A DNA stretch of 64,000 nt. Origin: Takakia lepidozioides. Taxonomy: Eukaryota; Plantae; Bryophyta. The notes beneath the pieces are model-generated. The model made no database searches and was not told the DNA's origin. It was given only the letters and a program-made list of their open reading frames with translations. Shown piece after piece: positions 1 through 10,348 of the stretch. The stretch lies in the NCBI GenBank assembly GCA_030704615.1, contig CM060733.1:56916001-56980000 (forward strand). The letters run 5' to 3'. A program made the position numbers and the translations under genes. How positions within the stretch are numbered: position 1 is the first letter of the stretch; each line of letters begins with the position of its first letter.

Positions 1-2171
1 TGGCTGCATGCAGAGAGAACACATATATAGGTAATACTGTCCGGCTCCAACCCTTCCATTTGCAATCCCTCAAATAGTTGCAGGGCCTCAGTATGACAAC
101 CATGCTGGGCATATCCTGCAATCATAGCGTTCCACAACACCACATTTCGTTCAGCAATATTATCGAACACTCCCTTTGCATCTTCAATGCTCCCACATTT
201 GGCGTACATGTCCACCAGGGCAGTGTTCAGAATGACATCTGGTATAATTCCAGCTTTAATGATGTCACCGTGGACCTCTTTGCCCTTTTCCAGGGCAGCC
301 AGGCTCGCACACACATTGCAAACACAAACAAATGTGACGTGGTCGGGCTTCACCCTCTGCCACATCATTTGCGCATAGGTCTCCAAAGCCTCCATACCGC
401 ACCCTTGCTGTGCATATCCGGCAATCATCGCGCTCCATGACACCACATCTTGTTCAGCCATATTGTCAAACACTCCCTTTGCATCTTCAATGCTCCCACA
501 TTTAGCATACATGTCCACCAGGGCAGTGTTCAGAATGACATCTGGTACAATTCCACCTTTGACAATGTGACCATGAACCTCTTTGCCCTTTTTGAGGGCT
601 GCAAGGCTCGCACATGCATTGCAAATGCAAACAAATGTGATGTGGTCAGGCTTCACCCCTTTGCACATCATCTGCTCATAGGTCTCCAAGGCCTCCATAC
701 TGCACCCCTGCTGTGCATATGTTGCCATCATTGTGTTCCAAGACACCACATTTCGTTCAGGCATGTTGTCAAATAGTCCCTTTGCATCTTCAATGCTCCC
801 ACATTTGGCATACATGTCCACCAGGGCAGTGTTCAGAATGACATCTGGTACAATTCCAGCTTTGACGATGTCACCATGAACCTCTTTGCCCTTTTCCAGG
901 GCTGCCAGGCTCGCACATGCATTGCAAACGCAAACAAATGTGATCTGGTTGGGCTTCACCCCTTCCCACATCATTTGCTCATAGGTCTCCAAAGCCTCCA
1001 TCCCGCACCCCTGCTGTGCATATCCTCCAATCATCGCACTCCACGACACCACATTTCGTTCAGCCATTTTGTCGAACACCCCCTTTGCATCCTCAATGCA
1101 CCCACATTTGGAATACATGTCCACGAGGGTATTGTTCAGATTGACATTTGGTACAATTCCAGCTCTGACAATCTCACAATGGACCTCTTTGCCCTTTTCC
1201 AGGGCTGCCAGGCTTGCACATGCATTGCAAACGCAAACAAACGTGACATGGTCAGGCTTCACCCCTTCTCGCATCATTTGCTCATAGGTCTCCAAAGCCT
1301 CCATTCCGGACCCCTGCTGTGCATATCCGGCGATCATCGCGTTCCAGGACACCACATCTCGTTCAGTCATATTGTCGAACACTCCCTTTGCATCCTCGAT
1401 GCACCCACATTTGGCATACATGTCCACCAGGGTATTGTTCAGAATGACGTTTGGGACAACTCCAGCTTTCATGATGTCATCATGGACCTGTTTTCCCTTT
1501 TCCAGAGCTGCCAGGCTTGCACACGCATTGCAAACGCAAACAAATGTGATATGGTCGGGCTTCACCCCTTCCCGCAGCATTTGCTCATAAGTCTCCAAAG
1601 CCTTCCTACCGCACCCATGCTTGGTAAATCCTGCTATAATCGTATTCCACGTGATCAGACATCGTTGAGGCATTCCGTTGAACACTTGGTGAGCATTGAC
1701 AATGCTTCCACACTTAACATACATGTTGACAAGGATGTTGTTTAGAAAAACGTTTGGCTTGAATCCACTTCGGATAATGTGAGCATGCACCTGCTTTCCA
1801 GCTTCCAGGCCTTTCACCTTGATGCACTTATGCAAGAGACAGACGTAAGTATCTGAATCTGCTGACATTCCTCCTTGGTTTAAAGTCTGAAGAGCCTCTT
1901 TCAGTCGCCCTGCCTCACATAGCATCCTCACATGCCCAGAAGTGCCGGAAGAGGCATTGTGGACTCCCTCTCTGGGTCCTCTTTCACAAGCTGTGGCTGT
2001 GGTCATGGTCAAGGTGCCTGATTTTATCAACTGTGCCCCTGCTGCTGCTGCTTCCAGTTGACCATCTACCCATGCAGGTTTCTTGTAGGTATTGACCCAT
2101 GAGGGCCAAATAGGCTGAAATGTGTTGAAGAGGAAGGTGCCCTCACCACTTTGTCCTTGACCTTGTGTCAT
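1..2171 (-). CDS. PLS-class pentatricopeptide repeat protein (PPR1), organellar RNA-editing-factor type; 3' end outside the window
   Basis: Manual minus-strand translation gives repeated P-L-S triplets ([43 protein letters not shown]) at an exact 303-nt period (anchors 206, 509, 812, 1115, 1418, 1721), ending in the P2/L2-like ALQLFEGLQMEGLEPDSITYICVLSACSH at the window edge. First in-frame ATG is 2171; the frame stays open to about 2334. Absent from the ORF track because no stop lies in the window; not every codon was checked. Confidence 0.93.
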   Translation of the reverse strand, partial: MTQGQGQSGEGTFLFNTFQPIWPSWVNTYKKPAWVDGQLEAAAAGAQLIKSGTLTMTTATACERGPREGVHNASSGTSGHVRMLCEAGRLKEALQTLNQGGMSADSDTYVCLLHKCIKVKGLEAGKQVHAHIIRSGFKPNVFLNNILVNMYVKCGSIVNAHQVFNGMPQRCLITWNTIIAGFTKHGCGRKALETYEQMLREGVKPDHITFVCVCNACASLAALEKGKQVHDDIMKAGVVPNVILNNTLVDMYAKCGCIEDAKGVFDNMTERDVVSWNAMIAGYAQQGSGMEALETYEQMMREGVKPDHVTFVCVCNACASLAALEKGKEVHCEIVRAGIVPNVNLNNTLVDMYSKCGCIEDAKGVFDKMAERNVVSWSAMIGGYAQQGCGMEALETYEQMMWEGVKPNQITFVCVCNACASLAALEKGKEVHGDIVKAGIVPDVILNTALVDMYAKCGSIEDAKGLFDNMPERNVVSWNTMMATYAQQGCSMEALETYEQMMCKGVKPDHITFVCICNACASLAALKKGKEVHGHIVKGGIVPDVILNTALVDMYAKCGSIEDAKGVFDNMAEQDVVSWSAMIAGYAQQGCGMEALETYAQMMWQRVKPDHVTFVCVCNVCASLAALEKGKEVHGDIIKAGIIPDVILNTALVDMYAKCGSIEDAKGVFDNIAERNVVLWNAMIAGYAQHGCHTEALQLFEGLQMEGLEPDSITYICVLSACS

Positions 2172-3067
2172 GGCATCTAGCTTTTCTTTCAACCATGGAG
2201 GATACAACCCACGATCACCCCAAAAGGGCCTCTTGTGTGTGCTGCTTGTGTCTGTAGTCAGGTGAGCTCGGACTGGCCTGTGAGGAGAACCACCACAGTG
2301 CAGCTGATTGGCCGTAGATTTAAACTTGGTCTCCTAAGACCAAGCTGACCCTTCCAAGGACCTTGTAAACACCAGGAAATATACCAAATCATGACATTAA
2401 CGGGAATAGCCCACATTTGCAGGATGGACTAACTTCTTCACATTGTACATTAAGAAAGCCACACCTTGCAGTTGCATTTGTCCCACCATTGAGAAGGATC
2501 TTTAACAAATTTGTGCCAGCTGCTCCACGCTCTACAATAGACCTTTGTGCCCGAATTCGTGTGCCCGAGAACTCCCGAAAACTCGACAGCATCAACATTT
2601 TGACAAATTCCCTTCTGGAGAGTGCTAGCGCTCTTTTCAACAACATTCATGCAAGTCACTTTGGGCTCCATTGGATGCAATGAGGAACATTTGCCCAAAC
2701 TTACACAGATGCTAAACCAGCTTATGTCTGTAGTCGGGAGATTTGGGAGTTGGTCTGTGAAAACCACCAGGGATCAGCTGAGCAGCCGCAGTGTCAACCC
2801 TCCCAAGTACCTTGCAAAGTCCAGGTAAAAGACCTTGCGCATCCTACTTTCATGCCCTGCTCAGAAAGAACAACCTCGCTCCGGACGGTAAAAGCAGTTT
2901 GTGCAGAACAAAGCGAGATTCAGACTTCACTCAACAACGGGATATAATCCAGTGCACGCAATACGATCGTACCAGTCTTTCGTCAAACCAAGAAAGCTCA
3001 CCTTGTCCAGGCAACCGTCCCACCATTGTGAAGAATCTTTGAAGAACTCCTGCCAGCGCTGCTCCAT
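2172..3067 (-). pseudogene. Decayed upstream exons of PPR1 encoding two OSB-type PDF motifs
   Basis: Exon 3067-3002 MEQRWQEFFKDSSQWWDGCLDK|gtgagc; exon from 2754 (ttcacag|) TN/PKSPDYRHK ... SWHKFVKDPSQWWDKCNCK|gtgtgg ending 2465; exon from 2277 (ctcacag|) ASPSSPDYRHKQHTQEAL/WGDRGLYPPWLKEKL running into the PPR frame. Slashes mark 1-nt frameshifts. Confidence 0.75.
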
Positions 3068-3584
3068 GCTCCAGCATTGACCTACTCACCAGATACACCA
3101 ATTACCGGCCTTGTCGAACAATCTCGTGCGCTTTCTTGCCTCTTTGCCAAGAGAACATTCGTTTCTGCTGAATTGCGCAAAATACAATTCCCGACTTCGC
3201 ATACATACAACACAACACAGCGACCCCAGAAAAGGAAAGCGTCAAGTGTTTGAATGGCATCCCTGAAGGCGCCATATCCAACCTATGCACTCGACTCCGT
3301 CCTCTGCGCATAGCCGAGGGGGCTGCCGCTCTCATCAGCTCCGCACCCCAGTGCGCATGCGTTTCCTTTGCAGCGAGTTTCCTGATTCCTATCCGCTAGC
3401 AGCCCTGCAGTAAACACTAAACCCCCTTTGGAGGCCGTCAAGGCAAACAGCAGGCTCAGGCCCCAAGGGAGAGAGAAATGAAATGAAATGCTCATAGAGC
3501 TTATGGGACAAAATGGAGGCCTTCACCCTTAGACAATCGCTAGAACATTAATTGTGGTTTCTGGATTTGTTCCTCTCTCATGTT

Positions 3585-3912
3585 TTTGGCGTTGCAGGAA
3601 GACCGGGGATTGTGCCAAAAGGGCAGCATCATCAACGTAGAGGAGATCTGATTGGGTTGGTCCCCCATCCAATGGTACCCCAACCCCATGGTTTTCTGAT
3701 ATGTAATTCTCCAAGGCGTCAATGTAGATCCCGAACAGGGTAGGTGAAAGGGGGCAGCCCTGTTTGACTCCAATGTTGCTGTGGACCTCGGCTGAGAATT
3801 CACCGGCGACGTTGACCATGCCAGTGACAATCTCATACATAGAAGAGATGGCACAAGTGGGACTTCCACTCTATGGAGCCGTTGGAAGAGAAGGTCCCGA
3901 GGAACTGAATCA
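3585..3912 (-). mobile_element. Non-LTR retrotransposon (LINE) reverse-transcriptase fragment
   Basis: FDSVPRDLLFQRL, GVKQGCPLSPTLFGIYID and LLYVDD motifs; one frameshift; truncated on both sides. Confidence 0.88.
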
Positions 3913-4077
3913 AAGAGAGAGAGAGAGGGTCAGCGCACAGGGGTCTGTATGGCTATGTACAGGGGGTATTTTGTTCTCTACATGTGCTTCATCCAAGTGC
4001 TTCGGGATGAAGAGACACTAAAGTTTACGACTTCCTCCGGAATTTCTCTTTCTCTTCGTCGTCCATCGTTGAATTGT

Positions 4078-4460
4078 AGACTGTCGATGTCGTGGACCAA
4101 CTGCTCGATCCATGCTCATGCATCTACATTAAGAGCATCGCTCAGAAAAAATCCTCTATTCCGAGCTCGGAATAGAAGGAACGAACAAATCTTTATCGGT
4201 GACGATCTACAGGGCATTTGAAGTCTAAACAAAACTAGCCTTGAGAGAGGCAAACAGTTCATGATTTCAGGTTTAGGCTCGTATGAAATGAAGTCTCCTC
4301 GCACTAGAGAGATGGGTCTGTGTTATATATAAAGCTTTAGTTGATGTAATCACACTTCCTTCGGGAGGCTCAGTCCTCTTTCTTTAGCTTTAGTTAATTC
4401 AAGAAAAGGGGGGAGATAGAGAGACCTCAGCTTGCAGGGACTCTGCAAAGCTGCAAAAGG
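4078..4460 (-). repeat. Dispersed ~400-bp repeat, copy A (copy B at 53470-53904, opposite orientation)
   Basis: Collinear similarity with indels; 43-nt identical block (4078-4120 = reverse complement of 53862-53904); TATA-like TATATAA in both copies. Confidence 0.9.
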
Positions 4461-4575
4461 CTAGAGACTCGCTAGAGCCCCAAAAGTTTAAGTGCAAAGT
4501 TGAAAAATCTAGAGCAAGGCCATCCCAGAGGTGGTGCAGTGCACGTGACATTACATTTGAGAAACCATTAAGTAT

Positions 4576-6444
4576 TTATTTCTTTTTCAGACTGGATTTT
4601 CGTTTTGGTGAAGCCAATGGTACATCCTCCTTCACATCCTTAGCAAGAAGCTCTGGAATGTGAGGCCCTGGAATGTGATGATCAACTTCTGGAAGGCGAG
4701 GATCATAAGGCTCAGGCTCCCACAAGGCCGTAAAATCAGGTTCCCATATGCAAGTGGCCAGTGCATTTCTTTTCCAGTCTGGTTCAAAGTTCAAATTGGG
4801 ATCCATACACCAACCAGGATGTCTGTCCATCATGATCCATGTGTTTTGAACCACATCGTAGAGAACCCCTGTCCCACACACTGCATTGTAGAAGCAGATC
4901 CAATCGAGGCCCCCGCGACACTCAATTGTAGGATCTGCAGGGTGATCTAGACATGCATAAAATTTATCTATAGACATAAGATAGTCGTATTGATCTCTCG
5001 GCATCGTACCTAGTAGTTTATATAACAATTTTGGAGATTTCTCTTCATATGTTGCAAGTCTAATTTCAAAGATCCCTGCATGAGCCTCGTCTTGTCTCTC
5101 ACCTACACGAGACACAACGTACAGTTCTCCATGACATTCCACCAACATAGAACCTTGTAATTTTCTAGTATATTCTTCAGGTGGGAATGTGTATCCAATG
5201 AATTCTTTCTTATCTAAATCAAAACATGTAATAACAGAATGCCATTTGTACTCTAGATGTTCAGTGGTGTCGACTGTTACTTTTATCCGTTCGCTGTGGT
5301 CTGCCCACTCAGATCCCCAGTATAATCTATTTTTCACTAGTGCCACCGTAATTGCTTGGTTTGTATCAAGGGGCCGGACAAATGGTCGACTGTAGGTAGC
5401 AATCCAATCGCGCATGTTTGAGTTATAGATTGTCAAAATGACCTCGTCTTTGACAGGAACCAACTCATCCATGATAATGACATCGTATGCTTTTGGAAGA
5501 TAGTTATACCCGACAAAATACACGTTGTACATGTTTCGACCTTCTTGTGTTGGGTCTGGAAGAACTTCCATCCGTGCCATCTTACGATTTAAACACTTCT
5601 CTGGATAGGGTGGTATGAATTCGTATTTCCTGGTGATAGGGTTACAAACAACTGTGATTGTTTGCGATGGATATCGACTCTCATCCCAATCGTTTTGCAT
5701 GGGCAGTCTACGTTGGCCTTCAATATGGGGTCTTGGCTGAGAACCACCATCAACGCAAAGCAGTCCCTTCTCCCCGGCAATTATGGAATGCACATCATTG
5801 GGAAGGAAATTGAGTGAAGGTAGTCGTAGCCATGGACGAGGATGATAGCCTTCTTTTGCCATTGAATCAATGTTAACATAATCCTCCTCTGTCATATCTT
5901 CAACACCGGGACCAGTGTCAGCTCCAGTTGTATTTGTCCCAGACATTGTGACTTCATTGTTTTCCCCTGATATAATGGGCTTGTCAAGTGGTTCCGAAGG
6001 TTTTTCTTCTAATTCGGCCATCGAACAACATGGAATTTTTGTTGCTCGATTTGGCTTCTCTGCTGTTCCTGTAATTGGTTCCAAGCATGTGTGTTGCTGT
6101 GCAGGCAGTGGCCTATATGCAAGCAAACTGTAGCAACCAACCTGTTGAAAATTGAACGTGGGGAAAAAGCTGATATACTTCTTTGGATCAACTGGGTCAA
6201 CGTGAATATTGCGAGCCCAATCTACAGTGCAAAGATCAGCGGTACGAAACTTTCTCCATGCTTCGCCCAGCTCTTTCCCTTCTAGTTTCGGGAAGAAACG
6301 ATGAATGTCGTCTATTGTGGTTGTTCTCCATCCTACTGGACAGTTTTCGTGATATCTTGGAGCACCTTCGCCAGGCTTTCTAAGTCTAAATTCACCATGT
6401 ATCCACTCCATATTCGCAATTTCTCGAATGTCTGTGAAGTCCAT
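4576..6444 (-). CDS. Divergent F-box/kelch-like beta-propeller protein, single coding exon
   Basis: 622-aa frame from ATG 6444 with WLRLPSLNFLP...IAGEKGLLCV...VVCNPITRKYEFIPP and LVECHGELYVV motifs typical of plant F-box/kelch proteins. F-box only degenerate (IDDIHRFFPKL...RKFRT...C..W). An acceptor-like ttgatag just upstream suggests a 5' intron. Confidence 0.75.
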   Translation of the reverse strand: MDFTDIREIANMEWIHGEFRLRKPGEGAPRYHENCPVGWRTTTIDDIHRFFPKLEGKELGEAWRKFRTADLCTVDWARNIHVDPVDPKKYISFFPTFNFQQVGCYSLLAYRPLPAQQHTCLEPITGTAEKPNRATKIPCCSMAELEEKPSEPLDKPIISGENNEVTMSGTNTTGADTGPGVEDMTEEDYVNIDSMAKEGYHPRPWLRLPSLNFLPNDVHSIIAGEKGLLCVDGGSQPRPHIEGQRRLPMQNDWDESRYPSQTITVVCNPITRKYEFIPPYPEKCLNRKMARMEVLPDPTQEGRNMYNVYFVGYNYLPKAYDVIIMDELVPVKDEVILTIYNSNMRDWIATYSRPFVRPLDTNQAITVALVKNRLYWGSEWADHSERIKVTVDTTEHLEYKWHSVITCFDLDKKEFIGYTFPPEEYTRKLQGSMLVECHGELYVVSRVGERQDEAHAGIFEIRLATYEEKSPKLLYKLLGTMPRDQYDYLMSIDKFYACLDHPADPTIECRGGLDWICFYNAVCGTGVLYDVVQNTWIMMDRHPGWCMDPNLNFEPDWKRNALATCIWEPDFTALWEPEPYDPRLPEVDHHIPGPHIPELLAKDVKEDVPLASPKRKSSLKKK

Positions 6445-8121
6445 TTCACAGAAAACCGTGTCCACCAGTGTATGAATCTCCGCCTATCAAGAGTTTGAGA
6501 GACTAGATGATCCACACTCAAAACCTTTTGAAACACCTATACTTGTGTAAACTGTCTCGCGTCTCGCGGCCACTTGACAAGCAAAAAGCTCGGTGAAAAC
6601 TACAACTGTATTTATTTCTCGCGGATTCGACACTCAGATATCTTTTGATATTAACACACTAGTTGTCATAAGCTGGTCGTAGATCTCTCACAACTGCAAT
6701 CAGGAACTCTCAATCTAGTGCATACCATAGAAGAACAATACAGAACACAACACGATCAGGAATACGTGATTGGGAATATCATATTCATGACGAAGTTTAC
6801 ATGCTGATCGCCATTCTGACCTTTGATCTGATCACCCTAGAATTCAGCGACAAGCTTGGGGACAAAAGAAAGAGACGGATCGAGAGATGGGTGATAGAGT
6901 TGACCTTTGACCACCCAAGAGTTGGCAATCAACCCATCGCACCTCTCCGTGTCCAACAGTCGTTGCATCCAACCAGTTTGCACGCCTTCCTCCCTGTTCT
7001 GCACTCAATATTATCTAAACCCTAATTTAAAATCTAAGACCACTATATTTTTTGAAGGAAACCTGGGAGCGACAGCCCACAAATTCAGGCCCTTGAGGAG
7101 GGGAAAATAACCCCCTTTCATTTATTTTATTTTTCTCAAAAGGGTTCATTTTTCTTTTTCTTTTTCTTTTTCAATTTCAGAGTTATATATCTAATGCAAG
7201 TGTTTTACAAGTCTTTTCTTTTCTTTTCTCTGTTTACTTTGGGCAAGGAAAGGGGACAAGGTTAGGAAAAGATCTACATACAAGGATGTAATGTGCAAAT
7301 AAAAACATATTATACTTCAAGAACAGGAAATTTTCACTTATTTGTGATTGTTCGATTGATCCAGAAATAGTGTTATTCAATGAACAATTGAGTTTGAAGA
7401 GACACCATGTTATGGACTCAACCTGAGTTATACCAAGATAGTATCCAAAATATTTTCTTGTTTTTATTAGATCTTACCATTGTGAACAATTAGGACTTAC
7501 AATAAGTTATTAGATATTCTCATAAAATGTGAAAACATAATATCTTAAAATCAAAATGTGTCCCGGGTCAAGTGGTTAATTTGACTGTCTTGCAATCTGC
7601 TTTCAGAAATCAATACCCACATACTATACTGCTCTCTTCCTTTTCGGATTGAATTTCAAGAATATGAGCCTGTTAAGGAAATGTAAGGTTATTTTTTCCT
7701 TACTATAATAAAATTTCCAGGGCTACAATCCCCCTGTTACTATTAAGAAAAAAATGTACAATGTTGGCACATCTTTTCTTCTTTTCTTTTTTTTTCATTC
7801 ACAGGTTGTCCCAGCTTCTGGCCCACCTACCGTGAGATATTCCTTCGCCTGTTTCCAGTAATATCCCGGGAAATGACTATGGGATGAGGGAGATCCCTAG
7901 CGTGGGGGGGCGCCACATGGCGGTGATTTCGGAGTGGGGGATCAATCCCCGAATTGATCGGGGAAATCTACCCGGGGGGGGGGGGGTTTACAGCCATTTC
8001 TGGAGGGCAGCACACATGCATGGCCCACATGCATGACTTGCACTGCATGCATAGTATGTTACCACATGTATGTGATGACAATATATGTAGAGATGGTCCA
8101 TACTATGACAATGGTCCATCT

Positions 8122-8854
8122 CAGCATTTGTGAAGGAACCTTCGGTTCCGGTTCCACAATTATTTCAAGAGACGGTTCCGGATCCAACTTTTAAACATGG
8201 GGGCGGTTCCGGTTACCGGTTAGTTGCTGATACAAACCATCGGCTCCGGTTAAGTTCCGGTTCTATTTTTTAAATATATTTGTTTAATTTAATTAGATTT
8301 AAAATATTTTATCAGTCCGGTAGATTAAATAGCAGTGTATTCACATATTTGAACTAAAATCCAACGATTTTGTTAGTTTTCACTTAACACAAAAAAGCAA
8401 ACAAAAATACTCTAAATAAACTGGTAGAAGAAAATGGGTAAAATTTTATGGGTTGAAAGTACTATTCAGCTACCTGGCAAGTATTGGCATCTTCAAACAT
8501 TTTATTATTGAACTTAGCCAGGATATCATGGAGCTGGAGATTGAACCCAAGATCTCATGGCGCTGAAGCATTGAACATAGAATCTCATGGCCTTCAAGCA
8601 TTGAACCCAGGATCCGAGGAGCTTGAGAGCATTAAATAAGTTTTGCCCTGGGCCCACCAGCCCCACCAAGGGGTCAAGAACCAGAACCTGTTTTTACCCC
8701 CCCCCCCCCCCCTTCTCACACCCAGCAGCGGTTCCGATCCCCATTGGCAGGTTCCGGTTCCGGGTCAGGTTATGTAGGAATGGGCCCGGTTCCGATTAAC
8801 CTAAACCTGAACCGACGCTTAACCTGGTTCCCGGCGGGTAACCGCCCAACACTG
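8122..8854. mobile_element. hAT-like non-autonomous DNA transposon (MITE)
   Basis: Perfect 8-bp TSD gtccatct (8114-8121 and 8855-8862), CAG...CTG termini, many subterminal (c)cggtt/aaccg motifs, internal ~30-bp tandem repeats at 8525-8635. Confidence 0.85.
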
Positions 8855-9621
8855 GTCCATCTCCTTTTATGGCATCATCTGCATGAGAGGATAGGATGGG
8901 ATTGATCTACCATACACTAATATCTCTTTCTTGAACTCGCTATTTATCAATTTATCAATTTGAAGTTCTTCTTTTCACCATATTTTAGCCATGTATTATA
9001 TAAAAAACAAAATTATATTTTAAATAATCCTAGTGTTTTCAAAAAAAATAACTTTTTGTCCTGAAACTATTATTATATATATATACATATATATATGAAT
9101 AAAATGATCGTGCTTCATATTTAATTGAATGTAATAGAGAATGCTGATAAGAAATGTCCTTCAATGTTTTCCCTATAAATCTATCTCTATTGAGCAATGT
9201 TTTATTTTTTATTTTTTTGGAGTAAAGGGGAGGAAGCCCTTGAGAGCTTTGTTAATATTATTTGAGGGAAAAAAAATAAAACCCTCAAGGCCCGAAGGCC
9301 GCCATAAGGCCCAATGCACGACGACCAATAATCAATGTTTTGAGTGGCTCAACACATTGTTTTCGGTGAATACATGAAATACATATTAATGATAGTTTAC
9401 TAGGTGTATTAGTATAGAAGGGCAGCTACATTTGTACAAGGGTGGATTCAAAATCTACACGAGGTGAGAACGGCTTGTGTGAGAATAAGGTACATGAATA
9501 ATGATGTACACAGAACCAGTACGCTTATAAGTATTGTACTCCACCTCTATCACCAATTTACATCCACTATTTGTTGGTCTAATTCTTTTCTTTTTCAACA
9601 AGACCAAATGAAAATATTGTT

Positions 9622-9872
9622 GTTGTTGTTTTTGTTTTTATTTGTTTTTGGATAAAGGAAACCTAGGAGCTGCTCACAATTCAGGCCCCAAGGGAGGGGG
9701 GAAAATTAAACCCCTTTCATAGAACCATAGAAGCACACAGAGAGGGAAACCTCATCCCCAGACCAACCGGTCACGAAACAAACCATACCCGCAGAACAGA
9801 GTAGCAGGATTTGAACCCCGAACCACCAGGGTGACACACACTACACTTATCCAACTGAGCTGCCAACCCCAG
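9622..9872 (-). mobile_element. tRNA-derived SINE
   Basis: Minus-strand head GGGTTGGCAGCTCAGTTGG (A box) ... GGTTCAAATCC (B box), A/CAA-rich tail, approximate TSD aaa(t/c)attgtt. Related 3'-end fragments at about 7050-7120 and 9204-9332. Confidence 0.8.
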
Positions 9873-9979
9873 GCGAAACATTGTTTTGAGCCGCTCAAAA
9901 CATTGTTTTCAACGAATATATGAAATAGATATTAATGTATGTTTATTATTATTAGAGTGTAGAAGGACGGCTACATCTA

Positions 9980-10348
9980 GGATAAAACACCCTATGACCG
10001 TTATAGCACCTATGACCGGTCACCTCATAACTGCTCAGGTCAGGCCGCATGAGCTACCATTGCTGGACCCAAGACTGCTCATTTTTGCCACTTGGCAAAC
10101 AGTTGTTTGATAGAACCCCCCAAAAAATGTGATTGGTCATAGGGCCCAAGGTTCACACAAGCTTTCTGATTGGTTCAACTTTGCAACCCCACAACTTTGT
10201 GTGGACTTCATGAAATCACTCACTTCCAAGTGTGTTGGGATGCCCTGGATGTGGGGCATCTTATCAATTTTATCCGGGGTAAAAATGACAAAAACTCACC
10301 GTTAGATATTCCGCCATCGTTAGATGAACGGTCATAGGCCTGTCTACC
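9980..10348. mobile_element. MITE with ~23-bp imperfect TIRs (PIF/Harbinger-like) inserted in a local duplication
   Basis: Left ggataaaacaccctatgaccgtt vs right aacggtcataggcctgtctacc. Interrupts the second copy of a unit whose empty site is visible at 9425-9442 (gctacatttgtacaaggg). Confidence 0.65.

Noticed and set aside
78-1745. Plus-strand ORFs of 120, 108 and 289 aa
   Set aside because: Antisense shadows of the minus-strand PPR repeats.
9800-9872. tRNA gene
   Set aside because: A and B boxes are present, but there is no proper cloverleaf and it continues into a SINE body and tail.
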